Source of the DNA: Azolla caroliniana | Lineage: Eukaryota > Plantae > Polypodiophyta | Length of the DNA: 64,000 nt | Assembly (NCBI GenBank): GCA_043228905.1 | Contig: JBHGNT010000017.1 | Span: 16,988,001 to 17,052,000, forward strand | Reading direction: 5' to 3' | Part shown: piece by piece, positions 23,238 through 33,393 of the stretch | Numbering within the stretch: position 1 is the first letter of the stretch | How the letters are laid out: each line of letters starts with the position of its first letter | Notes under the pieces: model-generated | Told to the model about the DNA's origin: nothing | The model's database searches: none | The model's input: only the letters and a program-made list of their open reading frames with translations | Position numbers and translations under genes: made by a program

Positions 23238-26200
23238 ATGGCTAGCTCGCTCCCGGTGGAGAAGCTCGACAAATCCAACTATGCATTTTCATCATACAAG
23301 ATGCACTAGTACCTGCTTGGGCATGGTTACTAGAGCTATGTCGACGGAGCTAACGACACAACACCTGATGCGGCACACAAGGACTTCCTAGTGTGGGAAC
23401 AATCGGCAAGCAGAGTGATGTATTGCTTTGCGTCTAGTGTCGGGGACCAGCTGCTGAGCCACGCCCGAGATGCCAAGACGCCGAAAGAGGCTTGGGGAAA
23501 CCTGAAGAAGGTATTCACCGCAAGCACTACAGCCCGGAAGCTGCAACTCCGACAGGAGTTGAGCAATGGCTGGTAGAAGGACATGTTGGTGGCTGATTAC
23601 ACAACCCGAATCAAAGAGATTTGTGACTAGCTTTCCTCTATCAACGTCACAGTAGAGGAAGACGAGATGGTACAGGTCTTTCTTGGGGGCCTGGCGTCTA
23701 AGTTCCGAGCTTTCCGGATAGCAATATGTACGAGGGAGAATACACCATCATTTTTCGACTTACAATCGATGCTCCTTGTAGAGGAGAACCACGCCGGTGC
23801 GTCAGCAAGTGCACCCACCAACAGCCGGATGCTGTACACGGAGGCGGATTGGCCCCGTGGGCGTGGTGGACGAGGCGGGTCGGCACGCAATGGAGGCAGC
23901 CAGCAAGAGCAAGACCGACGACACAAAGACCGTGCCGACAGTAGTTTCGGGACCTCCACAACCAGGGGGAGTCAAGGTGGCGCCAAAGGCCGACAAGACA
24001 AATCCGCCACAAGATTCTACAACTGTGGCAAAAAGGGCCACAAAGAAAGCGAGTGTTGGAAGAACTGCGCCAATTCGGACAAATCTGGATCCAGCAAAAC
24101 CGGTCGAGAGAACTGGCAAAGCTCGCACTACGTGCAAGGATCGAAAGGATCCGGAACCGGGAAGACCAGTAAGGGGCCAGCCTTGGTGATGAAGCACGAG
24201 GCAAATTCGATGAAGAAGACCACTTCCAAATCGGAGGAAGTGTTGTACATGGATTCCACTGCATCAAATCACATGAAAAACCACAAAGAGTGGTTCTCCT
24301 TCCTGGAGAAACAGGAACAACCGGGAGTTGTCAAAACCGGAGACGATACTCCTCACCCAATCGTGCATATTGGTGAAGTCCCTTTGAGCCACGTCGGACA
24401 AAGGGGGAAGCTGATGAACGTATTACATGTTCCGACTATCACAAAGAACCTGGTGTCAGTCAGACAGATCGTCGACCAGGGAATGCAGGTGCGGTTTACG
24501 CACCTCGGGTGCTTCATCGAGGAGGAGGGCCAGATTATTCCGCAAGGGCGTAGAGACGGGAGGATGTTCATCCTCGACACCAATGACGTCGGCACCGCTT
24601 TGTTCGCCAAAGGAAATAAGATTGAATCGGACATCAATCTCTGGCACAAGCGGATCGGCCACATCAATTACCGGAGGCTTCAAGACCTGCAAATGAAACA
24701 ATTTGTTTTCTGTTTGCCGAAGTTCAGTGGCCGGAAGGCCCAAGTATGTGAAGCCTGCCAACTTGGGAAGCAACGCCGGCTTCCATTCCCAACCGAACGA
24801 AACCGTAGCCGTAATAAGCCCGACCTTCTTCATTCGGATGTATGGGGACCGACACAGAACGCGAGTCTTGGCGGGAGTCAATACTTTGTCTTCTTCATCG
24901 ACAACTATAACCGACACACATGGATCTACCTCATTGAGCTGAACAGCGAAGTCTTCGACTGTTTCCGGAACCTCCAAAGCATAGTGGAATGGGAATCAGA
25001 GAGGAAGATCAAGTGCCTACGGTCAGATGGCGGAAAAGAATATTGTTTTGGCCAATTCAACAGTTATCTGCAGCAAACAGGAATTCAGAGAGAGTTCAGC
25101 TGCAGATACACACCGGAGCAAAACGGTGTGGCCGAAAGGAAGAACTGGTCGCTTGTCGACGTGGCAAGGGCAATGCTAGAAGAGAAGAGCATGCCCCATT
25201 TCTACTGGGGGGACGTGGTTCGGACGGCCGTGTACATCCAAAACCGGATTGGTGACAAGGTGTTTGCACATGAGTTGTATTTTGGGTGCAAGCCGAATTT
25301 GAGACACCTTCGGATTTTCGGCAGCATAGCATATGTGCATGTGCCGGATGAGAAGCGGAGGAAGCTAGATGCAAAATCGGAAAAGTGCATCATCGTCGGC
25401 TACTCACATGAGCAAAAGGGGTATAAGTGTTATAACCCCCGGACGAAGTAGGTTCAAGTTAGTCGCGATGTTGAGTTTGATGAGACGGCATCATGGTATG
25501 CCTTACCGGCTCCGACTTCCAACCCCGACCTGATATCGGAGGATGAGGCTAGTGAGCCTGAACCGGTCCAGATAGAAGATGATGAATCCGGGACTCAAGA
25601 AGAGAGTCCGGAATCGTCTCGGTTGAGTGGGACGAACGAGAGATTGGGTCAATCCGACCAGTTCGAAGAGAAACCAGCGAGTAGTGAAGACTCTGCCATT
25701 CTCTCCCCGCGCAAGGAACCGAGGATACAGTTCATGCGCAAAGACAAGGGGAAGAAGAAGGTGCCGGATTATGAAACCAGTAATGATGAGTTGGATCAGA
25801 GCAGATCCAACTCCGGAAAGGAAAATGACGGCTCTTCGGCACCGAAGACCAAACCGGCCAAGAAGGGCCTCAAACCGGGTAACGATGGGTTACACCGGTC
25901 AACCCGCCAGAAGGAACCTGTCAAGCGGTACGGGTACAATGATTACATGGCGCATCACTATGCGTACATGACCTTGGTGGTGAAAGTGCGTGAGCCAGAG
26001 ACCTACGTAGAAGCGGCAAGGGATGCAAATTGGTGTGGCGCTATGGAGGAAGAGATGCAGGCACTTGATGCCAATGATACATGGGACCTAGTTGACCCTC
26101 CGCGTCACAGTAAACCGATCAGATGCAAGTGGGTGTACAAGGTAAAGTACAATGCTGACGGTTCAGTTAACCAATACAAGGCCCGGTTAGTGGCAAAGGG

Positions 26201-27900
26201 ATACGCGCAGACCCATGGAATCGACTACGACGAGACCTTCGCTCCGGTAGCGAAGATGATGACGATTCGTGTGGTGCTGGCGGTTGTTGCGGCAAGGGAG
26301 TGGCATCTTCACCAAGTGGATGTGAAGAATGCATTTCTTCAAGGAGATCTAGAAGAAGAGGTCTTTATGACCCAAGCTCCTGGTTTTCAGTCGGAGATGA
26401 ACAAGTCGGTTGTATGCCGGCTGAAGAAGTCACTTTATGGCCTGAAGCAAGCCCAGACTCAATGAAATCAGCCAAGTCAAGTCCCAACTGTCGGACGCAT
26501 TTGAGATGAAGGACCTAGGGGACCTTCACTATTTCCTTGGGATCGAGGTGATCCAAACCCCCAACAGCATATTGCTCTTACAAAGACACTATGTGTTGAA
26601 TATGTTGTACAAGTTCGGCATGACGGAATGCCGCCCTATTTCTACACCCTTGGACTGGCAATAGAAGCTCTGTCCCAACTCCGGACTGGCCTGCGATGAG
26701 AAACGGTTCCGACAAATTGTCAGAAGCCTTATATATTTGACCATCACCCGACCCGACATCAGCTATCCAGTCGGTGTGATTAGTCAATTCATGAAGAAGC
26801 CGACCGTCGAGCATCTTCAGTGCGCGCACCGAATACTGCGGTATGTGAGCGGCACGAAGGACCGAGGACTGTTATACCGGCGAGGTATGACCGAAGAGCT
26901 AGTTGGCTACACGGATGCCGACTGGGTCGGCGATGCATTAGATCGTCGTTCCTCTTCCAGCTATATGTTTTCCCTTGGTAGCGTGGTTGTTGCGTGGAGC
27001 AGCAAAAAGCAGCCAACAGTGGCTCTATCGAGCATTGAGGCTGAATACCGGGGTGCTACCGTTGCCACCTATGAAGCCATTTGGCTTTGACGATTGTTGC
27101 AAGACCTGCGGATCGAGGTGCCGACCCCGATCCCGATCTACTGCGACAACATAAGCAGCATGCAGCTCGCTAAGAACCCCGTATTCCATGCTCGTACAAA
27201 GCACATCGAAGTGCACTACCACTTCGTGCGTGAGCGTGTCCTCAGTGTTGAAGTCGAACTTCAGTATGTTCATACGGATCGGCAAGTTGCCGACATCTTC
27301 ATCAAACCGCTCGGATCGAACAAGTTGTAGCACTTCACCGAAATGCTTGGTGTTCAGCATCTCAACGTGCCACACTTGAGGGGGAGAATGGGCAAAGACA
27401 CCACCGGAACAGGCAAAGGCAAAGAGACTGCCAATTGCGCCAGTGGGGGAAGAACCTACAAGGGCAGAGACAGGAAGAAGAAAGGAGTCGAGTCGACAAA
27501 GGAAGTTGACACATCCGAACAAGTCGGAACAAGCGGCAGCGGAGGCAGAGTCAAGAAGGACAGAGCCCACCGGAAGAAGAAGGCTAAGACCCGGACATGG
27601 TCTGATGTGGTGAAGGGCCTGGAACCAGAAGACGAATCGGGAGCAACCAATTCAAACAAGAGCTGGAACGAATCGAAGATAGCCGATTCGGTTCTATAGA
27701 AGGATTCGGAAGAACCAAATCAATTCAAGGCCAAGAGGACAAGAAGGTAGCCAAAGTCGACGCCAACACGAAGGGATCGGCGAATCGGCAAAAGCCAAAG
27801 TGACAACAGCGAGGGAGTTGAATTGGGCCTGTTGAGCAGACAAGCCGACCAAGGAAGTCGAGCTGCACAGGAATAGAAGGGTCGTGGCAAACAGGACCGG
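23238..27900 (+). pseudogene. gag-pol: Copia gag-pol of element B
   Basis: ORFs 23667-25451 (zinc knuckle, PR, IN), 25623-26465 (RT) and 26737-27330 (RNase H). The RT YVDD segment is deleted. Confidence 0.93.
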
Positions 27901-30479
27901 ACCGTACGAGGAGCACGAGTGAGGTGGAGTGACGCCAGAAGGAGCCAGGTGGAAGGATCGACTGCCACAGAGACTGACACTATGATCCGACCTCAAATTG
28001 AGCTTGAGGGGGAGTGTTGAGTGGTAAGCTCAACCGGATCCGGATCGGCATCCAGTGTTACTCCGTAGGGCCGGACAATAGCCTAACACAGGGTGTCTAC
28101 AGAAGACACTTCACCAAAGGCTGTTACGGTGAAATAGAGTTAGACCGACAATTAATCAGACCTTAATCAGTTACTGAAGCAACAGATCCTTAATTTTTAA
28201 TACACGCATAAGATAGAAAGTAATTAGCACAAAATGGTAATTAATGCACAGAGATAAGGAAATAGAGCTTTATTAATTATCCGTCGTCATCGGGCCTTTT
28301 TATAGATCACCGGCTCTGCCTACAAAACAGTGCCAACCGGCACACTAATATGAACCGGTCCGGATCCGGATCAGCATACCAATTCCGGTCCGTCCGTTCA
28401 CTTCTCTAAAATCTACTTAATTACTTAATATCCTAATAACAACCTCCGATTATTCCTGCCCTTTCATATTCTGGACTATCCTTCACTCCTTGCCAGCTGG
28501 CTAACACATGAAACGCCCGTGGGACAGTACCTTGTACGTCGAATCCCACTATCTGTCCTTCAATCCTCGTGGGAAGGCTGATCAAACTATTGTTGTTGCT
28601 CCTACTATTGTTGCTCCTCCTACAGCTGTGAAAGTTGTTCTGGTTGCTGCTCCATTGGCTGCTCCTCCTAAGTTACATCTGGGTGGCTTGTGCCAGCCTT
28701 GGCTCTGTCCGTCCCTTGTTCCAACGATGGCTCTTCATCACTGAGATTGATTGTTGCCATGCTCTTCGTCACCTCTTGCCATAGCCTCTCCTTTTCGTAA
28801 CTTTCAAACTAGATTTGGTTATCCAGCCGATCATCGTCCAGTTGTGCCACTAGTTGCCAGACCACCGTTATCTGTTCATCAGCCAATGCTACGAAGTCCT
28901 CCGCCAATTCGTCTTTCACGGCAGCAAAGTTTTCCTTTTCCAATTTATAGAACTCATCGCCTTCTTTCTGCCAATTTTCCGCGTCGGCCCTCAACAACTA
29001 TAACTCAGCAACGTGCTTCGCCCATTTTGTCCACCATATTACTGAGCTGTCTTCAATCAAACGCTTCGTTCAACTCTTCCATGCATGTACAATGCACCGG
29101 ATCTGCACTAGCCCCATCTTTGATTTATCTTCAGCGGCCTACCGATCATCTTTCAATTGTTTGATCAGGTTCACCGTTACCACCTCTTGGTCCTTGTAGC
29201 GCACTAGTTGATTCTGATACGTTGTCTGCACTCTTTGTAAGACCATGGTAGCGCGTTCCGTTTCACCTTGATGTTGCATCTAGAGTTCCATGCGTTCCTT
29301 CGCCGCTTCAGCTCGTATGGTTTCCTTCTCAGCCCGTTCTTCCGCTAGTGCCGTCTCCGCTCGTTGCACTTCATTCCGGATCTCGAACATTTTCTTCTGC
29401 TGCCGGTCACTGTCGGTGATAAGCTTCTTGTATTCCGACTCAACATGTTTATAATCCCGGTGCAAGCGGTCAAACTCTTCTGAATTTTGCTTCAGCTTCT
29501 AATTGATCTAGGAGTGAGCTCGGTCTTCCCTATCCTTTTGCTGCTGAAGCTCTTCTTTGAGTCTCTCGATCTCCGTTTCTGCCATCCTTTGGAGTTTATC
29601 CTTCTCTTGCAACAATTTTTCTTTTTCTTCCTTAAGCTAGTCATAGGCTTGGTGTCCCTTCCGCAGACTTTCTTATGCTTGTCGGAGATTGTCAGCAGTC
29701 TTCCGTTGTTCCTCTTCCACCGCCATTTGTTGTCTGCCTGGCCGGACTAGCCTCAACACAGGTGTCTATCCGACACTTCTCCAAAGGGGTGGTAAGGATT
29801 GGATGCTAGGTTACACGCGTAAGATGATTACAATTAAGCACAGACGGTAAAACAATACGAAGATACAGATAAACACGCAATAATTACTTTTGTATTACTT
29901 TCGTCAAGCCTTTACAAATCATCGGATCCATTTATAGGCATCCGGCAAGGTTACAATCGGTGCGCTTAGGCAACCGGCATCCGAATCGATCCGGATCCGG
30001 ATCGGTACAACTGTACCGGATCCGTCCCTCCGAATAATAATTATACTATTATTTACTTCCTATTATCCGATCCGACTCCGCCTTCCCACTTGTCCTTGCT
30101 CTTCTGACCGGTCAACACATGGCACGCCCGTGGGAAAGTGCCTTGCACTTCGAATCCACTCCCGGCCTCATTCTTCCTCCAAAATATCGAGCACACTCTG
30201 CTCGATGGGGTCAAGTGGTGCTTCTTCCTCCAATTCCTGTTCCTTGCCTGCCTGGTCTCCGACCTCCGGTTGGGTTGGCTGTTCTGTAAAAATTTGCTGC
30301 TCCGGCTCTGCTTGATTCTATGGTGTCGGTGCTTCCTCACCGCTCCATCCGGGTTCTTCCTGTTCTCCCTCCGTTCCAGGCTCTGTTCTGTTACCAATGT
30401 CGCTTTCTCCGGTCTCGATTGGTCGGCTCGGTGTGCCTTCTTCCTCTGCTCTGGTGTCTTCCGGTCTCAGCTCTTCTTC

Positions 30480-33302
30480 TTATCCGGCATCGGTCTGCTC
30501 CTGCTCTTCTTGATTTCCTTCGAACGGAAGTTCTTCTTCGGGTATTCCTTGTCGGGGTTGTTCGGTGTCGGTTGGTTCAACTTCAGCCGGTCGCTCTCCC
30601 TCACTTATAGTGATTGGCGTCGTTCTTCCCTTGGCTTCCTGTCGTAACCGGTCCTGCTCATATTTCTCCAACTCCAACTGAGTTGCGAGCTGCCCGTCAT
30701 CCAACCTCTCTACCAACCCTCGGATTTCTTTCAGATGTTCTTCCGCTAAAGCGTAGAAATCCTCCGACAATTCTTCCCGAATGGCGATGATACTTTCTTC
30801 ATCCATCTTGTAGAACTTGTCACCGGTCTTCCTCCGATTCTCGACATCAGCTCGGAGTGTCTGCAACTCGGCTGCCTGTTGTGACCACTCCTTCCATAGC
30901 TTTTCCGTACTTTCGTTGATGCTTGCCTGAGCTCGGGTACTCCAACCTGACATGATGAGCTTGATCCGTTCAACCCCCGCCTTAGCATGCGCATAAGCTT
31001 CTTGCTTTTCCTTCCTTGCCCGTTTTATAATGTCGGCCATTATCTGAGCCTGGGCCTCGTAATCCGCTTTCTGCTTTTCATAGGTACTTTGTAGTTTGTT
31101 GATCGTGAAGGTCGATCTTTCCTTTTCTTCATTCCTGAACTTGGTCAGATCCAGCTTTTCCCGCCTTAGCGCCTCTAATTCCTTCCTTCTCTTCGTCACT
31201 TGGGTTATTTCCGCCGACAATGCTTCCTTTTTGGCACTGACCTCATCCATTGTCTTAGCCAGGTCTAATCGGGTCTCTTTGAGCTGTTCTTTCAGCTTCT
31301 CTATTTGCCGGTCGTAGTCTGCTGCCCGTTTCTTGTTGTCCGACTCGGCCTGCTTGTGATCTCGGTAGAGACGGTCGAAGTCCTCCATCTTCTGCTTCAG
31401 GCGTCGGTTTACCTGAGCTCTTAACCGGTCGTCCCGGTCCTTCTGTTGTCGGAGTTCTTCCTGCAGTCGTTCTATCTCCTGCTCGGCATGTCGACGCAGT
31501 CGGTCCTTCTCCTTTTGCAGCTTCTCTTTTTCTTCTTGCAGTCGGTCATTAGTGGCTCGGCCTTTCCGGAGGCCTTCTTCCATTTTCCGTCTGTCGTCCT
31601 CCACCGCTTTCCGCTGCTCCCTTTCTTTTTCCCTTAATGCCTCCTGAGCTTTTAACTCCTCTTGTAAGGTTTCTATTATTTTTTCGGTCTCAGGGCCGGT
31701 TTGCAAGGCTACCGGTTCCGGTTCCGGTTCTGGTTGCTTCCTTGTTGTCCCGACCGGCTCGGTGACAACTTGTGCTTGTTGAATTCCTTCCCTTGCCTGC
31801 AACAGCTCCCCTTGCAATTCCTCGATCTGTGTTTGGAGCGCGACCAACTCCTGGGTTGTTGTATGCATCAAATGTTGCCTACACGTTTCTTCTTCCTCTA
31901 ACTGGTCCGCTACTCCCGATAACTGCTCCGAAAGCCATCTCAGCCATTGTGGCTTTGTGCTTCCTGTGTCAGGGTAGCCTTGCTCACTTCTACTCCTTAA
32001 CTCAGGCTGTTTTTCCAGCCTTTTCTCTGGCTCTGGCGCTTGTTCATTCCTCTTCTCTAGGATGACCGGTTCTCTGAAATCCGGCAAAACCGGTGTCGGT
32101 GCTGCTTCCCTCGGTACGGGTTCCGGTACTGCTTCTGCCTCGGCTACTGGAGGTGGTCCTTGCGCCCTCTGCTGAGTTTTGTCAACTGGTGGAGCCGGTC
32201 CTTTCGCCCGTCTCTCCCGACCCTGTCTTGCTGGGGGTCTTACCAGTGGTTCGGATGAGTCTTCTGTTTCAGCTTCCTCCTCCGGTGCGGCTACCCGACG
32301 GACCTTTTGTATAAAGACCTCTGGTTCCGGTTCCGGCCGTCGCAGCATTATATTGATTGGTTTGAGCGCTACCGGTTCCTCCTCGGCCAATTTTCCTTTG
32401 CCTTTTCCTGCCGGTTTTGCCTTTGTTGCCGGTTCCTGTTGCTGTCGGGATGGTCCTTCCTCTCGCTGTTCTGCCTCTTCCTGGGTCCATCCGGGGGTGT
32501 GTTTCTCCAGGATATGTCGGCGCTTTGTGACCTTTTTCGGCGTCGTCTCCTGCCGACCTCTTTTCTTTTGTTTGATGGGGAGCACCGGTGGGACTAACAC
32601 CGTTAGCCATTGTGCTATCCCGGCCCATGGCTTTTTTCCTTCCACAAGGTTTTTGATGGCCTCCTTCCATCCTTCGGTTATGAAATGGAGCCAGTCCACT
32701 TGTAATTCTTCGTACGCTGCAATTAAGAACGTTGCCCGGTACCTGGCTATGGCCGGGGGACGAGAATTCACGAATCCGTATTCCATCATGGCGCGGGCCA
32801 CTTCTCCGAACAACAGGTTCTCTCCGCCCTGTGTTCGGTACGCCTTGCTGTTGATGGAATACTCACCGAAATATTCGAACAGGATTTCACTTGAAGGGTT
32901 TTGGATCGTTTGAAGTCCTCCTGCTTTTATCCCCGTGAGCGCCTGCACCGCTCCTTCCGTGATTTTTGATAAATCAATCGATGCTGCCGCCTGCTCTGGT
33001 TCTGCGTGTGGTGGAGCATCGGCGATCCGTAGCAATCCCTCTAACCCGTTCTCCCTCATCCATTGGCGTGCCTCCTCCGATAGTGCCATTGGTTCGAATT
33101 CTTCTTCTGCTGTCTGTTGTTCGGGATCGGGATGTGTGTGCGCTGTGCGTCGGATCGCTCTTCTGTGCTTCTGCGCCTGTGTGTAGGAAAATTCGTAAAA
33201 AGTAAGGCCTTTCTTGCTTGCCGCGTGTGAGTCGGTGCCCACGTTCCATGCTTTAAATAGCAAGTACACGCATGTCCTCCTTACTGCATGGCGCCTCTTC
33301 AT
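30480..33302 (-). CDS. Extra ORF downstream of pol in element D: globular N-terminus, P/E-rich linker and long coiled coil
   Basis: 940-aa open frame between the integrase and the 3' LTR, with a homolog in C. The true start is uncertain. Confidence 0.8.
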   Translation of the reverse strand: MKRRHAVRRTCVYLLFKAWNVGTDSHAASKKGLTFYEFSYTQAQKHRRAIRRTAHTHPDPEQQTAEEEFEPMALSEEARQWMRENGLEGLLRIADAPPHAEPEQAAASIDLSKITEGAVQALTGIKAGGLQTIQNPSSEILFEYFGEYSINSKAYRTQGGENLLFGEVARAMMEYGFVNSRPPAIARYRATFLIAAYEELQVDWLHFITEGWKEAIKNLVEGKKPWAGIAQWLTVLVPPVLPIKQKKRGRQETTPKKVTKRRHILEKHTPGWTQEEAEQREEGPSRQQQEPATKAKPAGKGKGKLAEEEPVALKPINIMLRRPEPEPEVFIQKVRRVAAPEEEAETEDSSEPLVRPPARQGRERRAKGPAPPVDKTQQRAQGPPPVAEAEAVPEPVPREAAPTPVLPDFREPVILEKRNEQAPEPEKRLEKQPELRSRSEQGYPDTGSTKPQWLRWLSEQLSGVADQLEEEETCRQHLMHTTTQELVALQTQIEELQGELLQAREGIQQAQVVTEPVGTTRKQPEPEPEPVALQTGPETEKIIETLQEELKAQEALREKEREQRKAVEDDRRKMEEGLRKGRATNDRLQEEKEKLQKEKDRLRRHAEQEIERLQEELRQQKDRDDRLRAQVNRRLKQKMEDFDRLYRDHKQAESDNKKRAADYDRQIEKLKEQLKETRLDLAKTMDEVSAKKEALSAEITQVTKRRKELEALRREKLDLTKFRNEEKERSTFTINKLQSTYEKQKADYEAQAQIMADIIKRARKEKQEAYAHAKAGVERIKLIMSGWSTRAQASINESTEKLWKEWSQQAAELQTLRADVENRRKTGDKFYKMDEESIIAIREELSEDFYALAEEHLKEIRGLVERLDDGQLATQLELEKYEQDRLRQEAKGRTTPITISEGERPAEVEPTDTEQPRQGIPEEELPFEGNQEEQEQTDAG

Positions 33303-33393
33303 TGCATGGTGGTGCTCCCACCTCTTGTGATCTCCCCATCACTACTATGAATTATTTATTTATTTATTTTTTTCTCTATTTGTTTGGACCACG

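Noticed and set aside
30480-33302. An env gene or a host myosin/SMC-like gene
   Set aside because: There is no signal peptide or transmembrane segment, and the ORF lies between pol and the LTR in two related elements.
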